A stretch of DNA of 64,000 nt from an uncultured Planctomycetaceae bacterium. Its GTDB lineage: Bacteria > Planctomycetota > Planctomycetia > Planctomycetales > Planctomycetaceae. The notes under the pieces were generated by a model, which did not search any database, was not told the DNA's origin, and was given only the letters and a program-made list of their open reading frames with translations. Location: assembly GCA_963815195.1 (NCBI GenBank), contig CAWFGE010000012.1, positions 672,001-736,000 on the forward strand, read 5' to 3'. Positions 44,183 through 55,660 of the stretch are shown one piece after another (the first letter of the stretch is position 1; each line of letters opens with the position of its first letter). The position numbers and the translations under genes are program-made.

Positions 44183-45130
44183 TTATCCACCCGTCAAGCG
44201 CAGTTGGGGGACGATGCGGTCCTTGGGATAGCGTTCCAAGAAGGTTTCCAGGTTCATCGGGAAGCTGACGTTGATTCCCTGCTTTTGAAAGCCTTCGCGA
44301 ATGCTCTTGCTGCTTTGCCATTCGTCGTTGGAAATCTGGCCGTCGTGATTCCCGTCCAGTTTGGGAAAGACGAACCGGGCCTCGGCGGCGCTGGGTTTTT
44401 CATCCGCGGCGGCGATGGGGTTGCCCTCGGCATCGGTCCCCGGATTGGACGGAGCGGCGGAGGAGGAATTGGATGGCGAAACCGCCACGGACGTCGCCGC
44501 GACGGAGGTGGTGGGCACGGCCGCTGCGTCGGTGAAGTTCTCGGCGATGACCAACTCGCGGGCGGTGAGAAAGCCGTCGCGGTTGGTGTCCATGTTCATG
44601 AATTGGGCGATGTCCTGGGGTTTCCATTGCCGCCATTCCAGGAGGTCGATTTGTCCGTCGCCGTCGGCATCGCCCGCGGCGAATTGGGCGGGGATCTCGA
44701 CGCCGATCGGCGCATGGGGCGTGGGCACATAGGGTTGAATTTTGGGGGCGTTTCCCGAACCTCCTCGTCCGTTGTCTCCGCCACCGCCGAATCCACCCCG
44801 GCTGAAGCCTCCAAACCCGCCCCGGTCGCCGCCCCGGTCATCGTCGCCCCCCCGGCCGCGGTCATCGCCGCCCCGGCTGAAGCCTCCAAATCCGCCGCGG
44901 TCGCCTCCTCCAAATCCGCCGCGATCGCCTCCTCCAAATCCGCCGCGGCTGCGCATTTCTTCAAACCGCCGGCGCATCTCCTCGCGGTCAAACCCGCCGC
45001 GGTCGCCGCCCCGATCAAATCCGCCGCCCCTGCTGTCGCCGCCGCGGCCGCGAAACTGGGCATTTGCCGACTGAGCGAACAGGCCGACGACCAATCCGAA
45101 CACGACAAGGAAGAGGATTCTGTTAAACAT
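44183..45130 (-). CDS. Exported protein with RGG/GGF low-complexity region and EF-hand motifs
   Basis: Signal peptide ending AQSANA-Q, repeated GGDRGGF units, and EF-hand loops DADGDGQIDLLE, DTNRDGFLTARE and DGNHDGQISNDE. Confidence 0.8.
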   Translation of the reverse strand: MFNRILFLVVFGLVVGLFAQSANAQFRGRGGDSRGGGFDRGGDRGGFDREEMRRRFEEMRSRGGFGGGDRGGFGGGDRGGFGGFSRGGDDRGRGGDDDRGGDRGGFGGFSRGGFGGGGDNGRGGSGNAPKIQPYVPTPHAPIGVEIPAQFAAGDADGDGQIDLLEWRQWKPQDIAQFMNMDTNRDGFLTARELVIAENFTDAAAVPTTSVAATSVAVSPSNSSSAAPSNPGTDAEGNPIAAADEKPSAAEARFVFPKLDGNHDGQISNDEWQSSKSIREGFQKQGINVSFPMNLETFLERYPKDRIVPQLRLTGG

Positions 45131-45483
45131 CGCAAATTTCCTCAGATTTGGCAGTCCGATTTGACTTGGGGGGTGTTGTATATCCTATGGCTTTTTTCTC
45201 ATCGATATTTTGCGAGCGTTTTTCGATGAAAACCCTTAAAATGAGTTTGACGGTTGGGAAAAGGCTGTCGAAACGCCACGGGCCGGAATAAACTAGACGT
45301 TTGGAAGAAACCCGTTGCGGGATTTGGAAAACATCCCTTCTGTTCCAAATCCTGCTATCCATTTCCCGGGGGAGAAGTGATGATGAGGAATTCCTACCTC
45401 ATCCCATTCTAACCCCGTCCCATCACAAACAGACCTGCGGAATTCTCGATTTGCCAAACTTTCTTGAAAGCGGGCGACGATTC

Positions 45484-48400
45484 ATGATGGTACATCTCTC
45501 AACAAAAGTTCATGTGTTGTTCCTGTTGGCGGCGGTCTTGGCGTTGGTGGCCGCGGATCCGGTGCTGGCTCAACCCGGTGGACGGGGCGGTCGCAGCAGC
45601 CGCGGCGGCGGATTTGGGGACCGTTCGAGCCCGTTCCGCATGCTCGGCCAGGACGACGTGAAGAAGGAACTCAGCCTGACGGATGCGCAGTTGGATCAGA
45701 TCGAAAAGCTCCAGGAGAGCCTCCAACCGTCCGAGGAAGACCGGCAACGAAGCGGCGACCGGTTTCGCCAGGTGCAGACGGACGAAGAACGCACCGCGCT
45801 CTTTGCGGAAATGCGAAAAGAGCAGGAGGCCCAAAGCGAAACCGCGATGACGAAGCTCAAGGACCTTTTGAAGGCCGAGCAATACGATCGGCTGGAGCAG
45901 CTCCGGTTTCAGGAGTTGGGCGTGAGCGCCCTGGCCAGCGAACGCGTCTCGACGGAACTCAAACTCAGCGGCCAGCAGAAAGAGCAAATCGCGAATGTGA
46001 TCGAAGAGTCCCGCACCGCCATGCGCGAACTGGGTTTCCGCACGCCCCGCGAAGAACGGGAAAAAGCCCAAGAAGAATGGAACACCAAGATTCTCGCGGC
46101 CCTCACGCAGGATCAGAAAACGGCCTGGCAGAATCTGCAGGGGGCTCCACTGAAAGACGCGGATTCCTCGGCCGCCCCGCCCGCCAATGGAACCGCGGCA
46201 CCGGCCGCCGGGAACGCGCCGGGTTCCGTCCGCGAAACCTACACGCCGCCCGCAAACGACGGCCCCGTGGTCGTGTCCTTTGACGGCGGGAAAACTCAAC
46301 TCGCCGACGCCGGCGGGGCGGCCGCGGCCGAAAAGCCCGCGCCGATCGAAAAGCCCGCGCCGTCCGAAAAGCCGCGCGACAAGGACCAATCGATTCAGTT
46401 CCACCTGGAAAACGCCCCCTGGGAGATGGTGCTGACTCAGTTCGCCAAGAAGGCCGGCTTGACCTTGCAGATTTTGAACATGCCGCCGGGCACCGTGACC
46501 TATACCAACGACCAGAAATGGTACACCCCCACCGAAGCCTTGGACATTCTGCACGGATACCTCCTGCAGAAGGGGTTTGTGATGATCAAGCGGGACCGGT
46601 TTTTGGTGGTGCTCAACATCGACATCTACCCGATTCCGCCCAACTTGATTCCCAACATTACGATTGCGGATTTGGAGGACGGCGACTTCGGCCAGCATCA
46701 ACTGGTCAGCGTGGTCCTTCCCTTGGAAGAAGCCGACGCCAACGATGCCGCCCGCGACGTGGAACCCCTGTTGGGACCGCAAGGCAAAGTCTCTCCCCTC
46801 ACCGTTTCCAACGCGGTGGTGGTCAGGGACACCTATTCCAACTTGCAGCGGATTCACCGGCTGCTCAAAGGCGTCACCGCCAAGATCGATCCCGAAGCCC
46901 AGCAGTTCCAGTCCTTCCCGCTGAAATACGTCGCGGCGGGCGAAGCGGAAATCATCGTCCGCGATCAACTGGGCTTGGGCAGCGGCGTGACGAATGTGAG
47001 TTCGGGCTCGAGCGGGTTTGGCGGTTTCAGCTTCGGCAGCCGGGGATCTTCCTCCTCTCGGGGGAGTTCCTCCCGTCCCACCACCAACAGCAATTCCACG
47101 CCCGAAGCCAAGGTGACGGCCGATCCGCGGACCAACTCGCTGCTGGTGACGGCCACGAAAAACCAGTTGGCGATCGCCGAGCAGGTGCTGTTGACGCTGG
47201 ACGTGAGCGACGACAACATCGCCAATCCCGGCATGCGGAACGCGGGCATCCCCTACTTGAAGGTGTACCATCTCCAACGGGCCGACGCCCGGGAAGTCAC
47301 CAAGACCTTGGATGCGCTCATCCCCGGCGTGGTCGTCAATGAAGACGGCCGCGAACGGACGATCCACATCAAAGCCACCGACGCCCAGCACGAGAAGGTC
47401 GCGAAGTTGATCCAGGAACTCGATGGCACCGGAGCGAGCGCGGTCGTGGTGATTGGCCTCAGCAAGTTGGATCCGTCCGCTGCGTCTAGCATTTTGAACA
47501 CAATGTTCGTCCGTGATGGCGAGGATGCCCCGACCATCACGCCCGAGCCTTACAGCCGGCAGTTGATCGTCCGGGGCAGCAACGATCAGATCGCCCAGGT
47601 GAAGATTATGTTAAACGGGCTGGGCGAAGACGGCAGCGGGACACCGGCGAAGGGCCAGGAGGGGCCGTTGCGCCGCAGATCCTTGGGCGGTCGCGATGCG
47701 GAGGAATTTGCCAGGATTCTGGAGCGGCTGTGGAGTAGTTCGTCCGATACGCCGATCCGCGTGGTGATTCCCTCCAACAGCCCGATCCGCGACCGGCGGA
47801 TTCCGTCGCTGCTCGATGAGCCGCGGGAGTTCGGCCCGGCCCGCCCCACGACCCAGAACCGGACGCGTTCCGAGGATTTGGATTCTCAATCGACTTTGAA
47901 CGAGCGAAAGCCCTTCGAGATCGATGCGTCCGCGGCCCCCCAGCTTTCGGGAATCCGGCCGCTGTTTCCGGTGAGCATGGAAATCACCACGACCGATCCC
48001 GCCCCCGCGCAAGCCGACCCGCAGCCGAGACCCGCCGCCTACGAAGACCCGGCTCCGTCCGCCAAGCAGCCCGGGCAACAGGCTCCAAATGCCCGGCCCT
48101 TGCCCGAAAAGGCTCCGGTGGAGAAACCCGCGGCGGCGGTGCCGAGCACCGCGACGCTGCGTCTGAGCAAGAGCGGCCAGATGACGTTCAACGGCGACCC
48201 GATCTCCGCGGTGCAGCTTTCGATCCGCTCGGCGGAATGGCTGAAGGCCGTGCCCGAAGACGATCGGACCTTTATCATCAACACGCACCCGGACACGCCC
48301 GCGGGGGTATTGGCGCCGGTGTTGGGGATCGTGACCAAAATGGGCATCCAGCCGAGTTTGAAGATGTCGGCCGATGAGGCTCCCGAACCCGCGGCGAAGC

Positions 48401-49725
48401 TCCAACCCGTCCCGGCCCAGAGCGAGAACGCGGAACCCGTCAAAAGCAACTCCCCATCGGCCGCCCCCGTGACGCCCAAGACGCCCGCCGGAACCGCCCA
48501 AGCGAAACCCGGCGAACTGCCCATCATCGTCACCGTCCGCGGCAACGAGTTGGTGCTCTTCGACCAGTCCGGCAAAAGCGAGTCGCTCGATGAAATGGAA
48601 GCCATGATCGAGCAACTGCAAATGGCGATTCCCCCGCGGACCACCTGGACGGTGTATTATCTGCGCTCGGCCGACGCCTACGAAACCTCGATGATGCTCG
48701 AACAATTGTTTCCGAGCAGTTCCGTCGGCACGGCGCTCTCGTCCGACGACGGCTCGTTCTTCGGCGGGCTGACGAACAGTCTCACGTCCCTGGGCAACGG
48801 CCTCGTCGATGCCGCGGGCATGAACTCGCTCACGCAGAACCCCAGCGTCTTGAAGATCATCCCCGAAATTCGCTCCAATTCGCTGTTCGTCACCGGACCG
48901 GCGGACCAGGTCCGGCAGGTGGAGGACATGCTCAAGGTGCTCGACGCGGACGATCTCCCCGAATCCCTCCGCGAACGCGTGCCCCGCATGATCCCCGTGG
49001 AATACGCCAACGTCAACGACGTCGCCACCATTGTGAAAGACGTCTATAAAGATTACATGGAAGACAACAGCCGGCAGCAAGGCCGGGGCACGAACCCCTT
49101 CGCGATGATGTTGGGCGGCGGGCAAAATAACGGAAACGGCAGCCGGGGTGGTAACAGCGGCGGCCGGCAGAGTACGCCCGTGCGGATGACCGTGGGCGTG
49201 GACACCCAAACCAGCAAGCTGGTCGTCTCGGCCAACGATTCGCTGTTCCGGCAGGTGGAATTGATGGTCAAGGAACTCGACATGGCGGCAAAAGAAGCCC
49301 GCCGGAGCGTGCAGATTGTGAACGTCACGGAATCCGATTCCGTCGTGCTTCAGCAGGCCTTGTCCGCGCTGTTGCCCACGGTGAGCGTGGCCACCACGAG
49401 CACCTCAAACAACAATTCGCCCCCCCAATTTAACGGCGGCGGGGATGATGCGGCCCAGCGCACGGCGTATTTCCAACAGATGCGCAGCTCGCGGTCCGGC
49501 AGCGACAATTCGCGGAGCGGATTCAGCGGCCGCGGCGGATCCTCGGACAGCGGCAGCGGGTTCGGCGGCCGCGGCAGTAGCAGCGGGTTCGGCGGCCGCG
49601 GCAGCAGCAGCGGTTTCGGCGGCCGCGGCAGTAGCAGCGGATTCGGCGGCCGCGGCAGCAGCAGCGGTTTCGGCGGCCGCGGCAGTAGCAGCGGACGCGG
49701 CGGATTCGGCGGCCGCGGGAATTAG
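45484..49725 (+). CDS. GspD-like secretin N-domain protein lacking the secretin barrel
   Basis: Signal peptide, N0-like IQFHLENAPWEMVLTQFA, and about 7 secretin-N repeats (e.g. ADPRTNSLLVTA, PEIRSNSLFVTG). No C-terminal secretin motifs. Confidence 0.8.
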   Translation: MMVHLSTKVHVLFLLAAVLALVAADPVLAQPGGRGGRSSRGGGFGDRSSPFRMLGQDDVKKELSLTDAQLDQIEKLQESLQPSEEDRQRSGDRFRQVQTDEERTALFAEMRKEQEAQSETAMTKLKDLLKAEQYDRLEQLRFQELGVSALASERVSTELKLSGQQKEQIANVIEESRTAMRELGFRTPREEREKAQEEWNTKILAALTQDQKTAWQNLQGAPLKDADSSAAPPANGTAAPAAGNAPGSVRETYTPPANDGPVVVSFDGGKTQLADAGGAAAAEKPAPIEKPAPSEKPRDKDQSIQFHLENAPWEMVLTQFAKKAGLTLQILNMPPGTVTYTNDQKWYTPTEALDILHGYLLQKGFVMIKRDRFLVVLNIDIYPIPPNLIPNITIADLEDGDFGQHQLVSVVLPLEEADANDAARDVEPLLGPQGKVSPLTVSNAVVVRDTYSNLQRIHRLLKGVTAKIDPEAQQFQSFPLKYVAAGEAEIIVRDQLGLGSGVTNVSSGSSGFGGFSFGSRGSSSSRGSSSRPTTNSNSTPEAKVTADPRTNSLLVTATKNQLAIAEQVLLTLDVSDDNIANPGMRNAGIPYLKVYHLQRADAREVTKTLDALIPGVVVNEDGRERTIHIKATDAQHEKVAKLIQELDGTGASAVVVIGLSKLDPSAASSILNTMFVRDGEDAPTITPEPYSRQLIVRGSNDQIAQVKIMLNGLGEDGSGTPAKGQEGPLRRRSLGGRDAEEFARILERLWSSSSDTPIRVVIPSNSPIRDRRIPSLLDEPREFGPARPTTQNRTRSEDLDSQSTLNERKPFEIDASAAPQLSGIRPLFPVSMEITTTDPAPAQADPQPRPAAYEDPAPSAKQPGQQAPNARPLPEKAPVEKPAAAVPSTATLRLSKSGQMTFNGDPISAVQLSIRSAEWLKAVPEDDRTFIINTHPDTPAGVLAPVLGIVTKMGIQPSLKMSADEAPEPAAKLQPVPAQSENAEPVKSNSPSAAPVTPKTPAGTAQAKPGELPIIVTVRGNELVLFDQSGKSESLDEMEAMIEQLQMAIPPRTTWTVYYLRSADAYETSMMLEQLFPSSSVGTALSSDDGSFFGGLTNSLTSLGNGLVDAAGMNSLTQNPSVLKIIPEIRSNSLFVTGPADQVRQVEDMLKVLDADDLPESLRERVPRMIPVEYANVNDVATIVKDVYKDYMEDNSRQQGRGTNPFAMMLGGGQNNGNGSRGGNSGGRQSTPVRMTVGVDTQTSKLVVSANDSLFRQVELMVKELDMAAKEARRSVQIVNVTESDSVVLQQALSALLPTVSVATTSTSNNNSPPQFNGGGDDAAQRTAYFQQMRSSRSGSDNSRSGFSGRGGSSDSGSGFGGRGSSSGFGGRGSSSGFGGRGSSSGFGGRGSSSGFGGRGSSSGRGGFGGRGN
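49561..49695 (+). repeat. 5 x 27-bp coding tandem repeat (FGGRGSSSG)
   Basis: TTCGGCGGCCGCGGCAG(T/C)AGCAGCGGN, with alternating AGT/AGC codons. Confidence 0.9.
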
Positions 49726-49866
49726 TGAGAATTGTTTCTGCGAAACGTCAAGGATTGAACACGGCACCGACACGAATGTTGGTGTCGCCTGGGGATGGCA
49801 AATCGGAACGTCCCCGAAAACTGGGCCTGGTATTCGTTGGGTTTTTGAACTCAAAGCGTGGTTGGA

Positions 49867-51552
<1,686 letters not shown>

Positions 51553-51560
51553 CTTTTTTG

Positions 51561-51623
51561 TGAGCGGCACGGCGCTCGCCGCCGGTTCGTTGCACAAACC
51601 GGCGGCGAGCGCCGTGCCGCTCA
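51561..51623. repeat. REP doublet forming a perfect inverted repeat
   Basis: TGAGCGGCACGGCGCTCGCCGCCGGTT pairs with AACCGGCGGCGAGCGCCGTGCCGCTCA. Confidence 0.85.
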
Positions 51624-51681
51624 AGTGTTTCCCCCTCGCAATGTCCCACCAGACACGTTTTCGTTAGTTCGTTAGATTTCC

Positions 51682-52890
51682 ATGCCTGATTTCCAATACA
51701 TCGCCCGCGAACTTTCCGGACGCCAGGTCACAGGGGTGCTCTCGGCGGCGAGCGAGCACGATGCGCTGGGATCGCTCGCGGCGAAAAGCCTGTTCCCGGT
51801 TCGGATCGCTTTGGCCGACGGAGCGAAAACCCAATCCCAACTCGTCCGCGGCCGGGTCCGAGCCCGGCATCTGGCCGTGTTCTACACCCAGCTCGCGGAT
51901 CTGCTCCGCTCCGGCGTGCCGCTGCTCCGGTCCCTGGAACTCTTGGAACGGCAAACCTCGCAAAACACGCTGAAGCACGTCATTCAAGACGTGAAAGAGC
52001 AGGTGGCCGACGGGACCCGGCTCGCGGAATCCATGCGCCGGCATCCCCGCGTGTTCGGCGAACTGGCCGTGAGCATGGTGCGGGCGGGCGAGGAAGGCGG
52101 CTTCCTGGAAGATGTGCTCAAACGCATCTCGGCGTTTACCGAGCATCAGGAGGAACTCAAAGCCCGGGTCGTGGGGGCGATGGTCTATCCCATGTTCTTG
52201 CTGGTGATGGGCGGGGGGATCGTGGTGGCGATGCTCACGTTCTTCGTTCCCAAATTCACGCCGATCTTCGACCGCATGGCCGAGCGGGGTTCGCTGCCCT
52301 GGGCCACGACCGCGCTCATGAGCCTCAGCGAGTCCATGCAGGTTTACGGCCTGGTGTTCGCGGGCTTGATTGCGGGCGGGGCGTATTTTCTGATTCGCTA
52401 CGTCAAAACCGAAGAAGGCCGGTTCAGGTACGATCGCTACCGGCTCGTGGCCTTCGGCGTGGGGCCGATTGTGCGGAGCCTCGCCATCGCGCGGTTTTGC
52501 CGGATTCTGGGAACGCTCCTCAAAAATGGGGTGCCGATTTTGCAGTCGCTCCGCATCGCCAAGGACGCCACCGGAAATCAGGTGCTCAGCCAGGCCATCG
52601 GCGACGCCGCCGAGAACGTCTCCTCCGGGAAAGCCCTCGCGGAACCGCTGCGGGGCAGCGGGCAGTTTCCGGAAGAGGTCGTGGAAATGATTGCCGTCGG
52701 CGAGGAAGCCAACAACCTGGAACAAGTTTTGATCGACATCGCCGAGAACATGGAACGCCACACCAACCGCCGGCTGGAAATGTTCGTGCGTTTGCTGGAA
52801 CCCTTGTTGCTGCTGTTGATGGCGGGAATCATTTTGTTCGTCGTCGCGGGTTTGATGCTCCCCATCCTGCAAAGCTCCGGCGTGTTTTGA
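51682..52890 (+). CDS. gspF: T2SS inner-membrane platform protein (GspF/PilC)
   Basis: QLADLLRSGVPLL, MVRAGEEGG, MVYP, MIAVGEE and LLEPLLLL. Confidence 0.95.
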   Translation: MPDFQYIARELSGRQVTGVLSAASEHDALGSLAAKSLFPVRIALADGAKTQSQLVRGRVRARHLAVFYTQLADLLRSGVPLLRSLELLERQTSQNTLKHVIQDVKEQVADGTRLAESMRRHPRVFGELAVSMVRAGEEGGFLEDVLKRISAFTEHQEELKARVVGAMVYPMFLLVMGGGIVVAMLTFFVPKFTPIFDRMAERGSLPWATTALMSLSESMQVYGLVFAGLIAGGAYFLIRYVKTEEGRFRYDRYRLVAFGVGPIVRSLAIARFCRILGTLLKNGVPILQSLRIAKDATGNQVLSQAIGDAAENVSSGKALAEPLRGSGQFPEEVVEMIAVGEEANNLEQVLIDIAENMERHTNRRLEMFVRLLEPLLLLLMAGIILFVVAGLMLPILQSSGVF

Positions 52891-53095
52891 CCTACCCAGT
52901 TTGTGGCCTTTGCCCCTTTGTGGCCTCTGTGGCCTGATTTAGAAACAAACTTTCGACCCAAACACCCTTGTGCGGGGTTTATTAACAAATCACCATAGAA
53001 ATAAGCGGGCGGTCTCGGCGAGAGTCTTTTTCCCGGCGATGTTTCCCACCTTTTTTGCGTCACTTTCCCCCTCCAAGAGCGAATAGGACCAATCC

Positions 53096-53536
53096 ATGAA
53101 AAAACCCACCCAAAATCGCGTCCGCCGAGGCGGTTTCACCCTCATCGAAGTTCTGCTCGTGCTCGCGATTCTGGGCGTCATCGCCGCGATGGTCGTCCCG
53201 AACCTGCTGGGCACACAGAAAGAAGCCTACATCAAAACCACAAAACGAAGCATCGACAGTTTGGAGAACACGGCCAAAATGTATGCCACCAAGCACGACG
53301 GCGAATGGCCGCAAAGCTTGCAACAGCTTTTGGAACAGGAAAACCAGGGCGGCATGGTGATCCAGCCCCTGCTCGACAAAATCCCGAACGACGCCTGGGG
53401 CATGCCGCTGCAATACCAGTACACCCCCGGCGAACTCAAGCCGCTGATCTCTTCCTTCGGCCCCAACAAGCAACAAGGCGGCGGCGACGACCTCACCAAT
53501 CAAGACGACCAAAACGGCCAGCAACCGCGGTTGTAA
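53096..53536 (+). CDS. gspG: Major pseudopilin
   Basis: Prepilin site RRGG|FTLIEVLLVLAILG, plus DAWGMPLQY and SFGPNKQQGGGDD. Confidence 0.92.
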   Translation: MKKPTQNRVRRGGFTLIEVLLVLAILGVIAAMVVPNLLGTQKEAYIKTTKRSIDSLENTAKMYATKHDGEWPQSLQQLLEQENQGGMVIQPLLDKIPNDAWGMPLQYQYTPGELKPLISSFGPNKQQGGGDDLTNQDDQNGQQPRL

Positions 53537-53569
53537 TCCTCTGGATTCTGAATCGGAGATGCCTGTTCC

Positions 53570-54223
53570 GTGAATCGCCCGTTCCAACAAACGTCCATCC
53601 GAAAACGTCAGCCCGACCGCCACGGCGTGACGCTGGTGGAGATGTTGTTGGTGCTGGCGATTTTGGCGGTGTTGGCCGGGATTACGCTGCCGAATTTGCA
53701 GCGGGTCTGGGCCGATCACAAAATCCAGGAAGCCTCCGAGATGGTCCGCTCGGAACTCGCCGGCACGCGGAACAAGGCCATCGACGGCATGCTGATCTAC
53801 GAGTTTCGCTACGAACTCGGCGGCAACCGGTTTTTGGTTATTCCGCACGAGTCCTACCAGGCCGTCCAAACGGCGAGCGCGGCCGGGCAGCCGGCGGCGA
53901 ATGGGGATCAACTCTACCGGGCCGCCGGCGAAATGCGGCCCGGCGTGCAGTTTGCCGCGACGACCCACGAAGAACTCGCCAACTTGGGCATCCCCGTGAT
54001 CGAGCAATCGGTGCCCGTCGCGGACTGGCAACTGCAAGGACTGCCGGGCGTGGACGAGTTGGGCGGCTTGAAGTGGTCCGAGCCGATTCTGTTCTATCCC
54101 GACGGTTCCGCGAACCAGTCGCTCATCCGGATCGAAGATGGCTACGGGCAGGTGATGGAACTGACCGTGCGCGGCCTGACCGGTGCGGTGTCCGCCACGC
54201 TCACCCAAAAGGAGCGGCTCTGA
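53570..54223 (+). CDS. Minor pseudopilin (GspH/FimT-like)
   Basis: G|VTLVEMLLVLAIL, ILFYPDGS and GLTGAV. Confidence 0.8.
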   Translation: MNRPFQQTSIRKRQPDRHGVTLVEMLLVLAILAVLAGITLPNLQRVWADHKIQEASEMVRSELAGTRNKAIDGMLIYEFRYELGGNRFLVIPHESYQAVQTASAAGQPAANGDQLYRAAGEMRPGVQFAATTHEELANLGIPVIEQSVPVADWQLQGLPGVDELGGLKWSEPILFYPDGSANQSLIRIEDGYGQVMELTVRGLTGAVSATLTQKERL

Positions 54224-54705
54224 TGAAACGGCTCGTTGACAGAAACACCGTGGCATCTTTTGAACGAACGCGGAGCGGGTTGACGCTTTTGGAGGTCGTG
54301 TTGACCTTGGGGATTTTTGTGGCGGCGATGGCGGTGCTTTCGGAACTGGTGGCGAGCGGGCACCGGGCGGCTCTCGACGCGCGCTTGCAGACCGAGGCCA
54401 TCATCCGGGCCGAGGCCAAGATGAACGAAGTCATCGCCAACCCGAGCCTGCTGGTCGCTGCATCGGGGATGCCCTTTGAGGAAGAGTATTCCGCGGGCAC
54501 CGGGCAGTGGACCTGGAGCCTGGCGGTGCAGTCGTGGGATCAAAACACGAACCTGTTGCAGTTGGAACTGACGGTGTCGCATCTCTCGGGGTCGGGGATG
54601 GGGAATGCGACTTATACCTTGAGGCGTTACGTCCGGGACCCGCAGGCGCTGTTGGAAGCCGAGGCCGCGACCGAAGCCGCCGCATCCGAGGAGGCCGTCC
54701 AATGA
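54223..54705 (+). CDS. Minor pseudopilin (GspI-like)
   Basis: RSG|LTLLEVVLTLGIF, with a TGATG overlap to the upstream gene. Confidence 0.8.
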   Translation: MKRLVDRNTVASFERTRSGLTLLEVVLTLGIFVAAMAVLSELVASGHRAALDARLQTEAIIRAEAKMNEVIANPSLLVAASGMPFEEEYSAGTGQWTWSLAVQSWDQNTNLLQLELTVSHLSGSGMGNATYTLRRYVRDPQALLEAEAATEAAASEEAVQ

Positions 54706-55562
54706 TTCGCACGCGATCCAAGGCGACGCCCGTTGTCAGAAGCCGCCGGGGTTATACGCTCTTGGAAGTGCTGTTGGCGCTGGGCCTCAGCAGTTTGCTG
54801 ATGCTCCTGGTGTATGGGGCGATGGAATCGTTCTGGCGGCTCGACTCGTTGGGCCGGCTCGATGCCGAGCGCTGCCAATTGGCCCGCACGCTGATCCGGC
54901 GGATGGAAATGGATGTTCGCTCGGTGACCTATAAGCCCGCCGACACCAGCACGAGCAGCGGGACGGCCTCGCAAACGCAGGCCGCGGACGAAGGCGCGGG
55001 AAACACGGCGACGGGTTCGGGCACGCAGTCGCAGGCTCAAAGCACCACGGTCGAGGTGGAAGAGGACGATTCTTATCTCGTCTCCGGCGTGCATTTGATC
55101 GGAACGTCGCAGTCGCTGGAGATGATCGTGCTCAAGCCCTTCCGCAACCGCACGGGCAGCCTGCAGGACGAGCTTTACGTCGAGCGCCAAAGCGACCGTC
55201 GCAAGGTCGGTTACATGTTCTCCTCGTCCGGCCTTTATTACCGGAACGTCGATCAGCAGGTCGAGCAGATGCTCGAAGCCCAGGGCAGTCTGCCGGATCC
55301 GAGCGCGGATTATGTTTTGCTCGCCGCCGAGGTGGCCGATCTTCGCTTTCAGTATTTGGACGGCACGACGAACACCTGGATGGACCAATGGCACAGCCGG
55401 GACATGGCGGGGCTGCCGCGGGCGATCAAGGTCAACATCCAGTTTTACCCGGCCTCGATGGCCAGTTCGAATCGGTTGCGGCAATCCGGCACAAGCGCTT
55501 CGACCGAAGTGTTTCAAAGCGTCATCCATTTGCCGCTGTCCGATGTCCCGTTGGAGTTGTGA
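54702..55562 (+). CDS. Minor pseudopilin (GspJ-like)
   Basis: RRG|YTLLEVLLALG, LRFQYLDG..W...W and GLPRAIKV, with an ATGA overlap. Confidence 0.82.
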   Translation: MIRTRSKATPVVRSRRGYTLLEVLLALGLSSLLMLLVYGAMESFWRLDSLGRLDAERCQLARTLIRRMEMDVRSVTYKPADTSTSSGTASQTQAADEGAGNTATGSGTQSQAQSTTVEVEEDDSYLVSGVHLIGTSQSLEMIVLKPFRNRTGSLQDELYVERQSDRRKVGYMFSSSGLYYRNVDQQVEQMLEAQGSLPDPSADYVLLAAEVADLRFQYLDGTTNTWMDQWHSRDMAGLPRAIKVNIQFYPASMASSNRLRQSGTSASTEVFQSVIHLPLSDVPLEL

Positions 55563-55660
55563 ACCAGACACAAAGAGCCCCGCGCGAAGTCAGCGATTCA
55601 GCGTTGACGTTACTCCGTTGACTTCGTCGTGCGCGGCTCTTTAGAGAGAAAAGCGAAACC

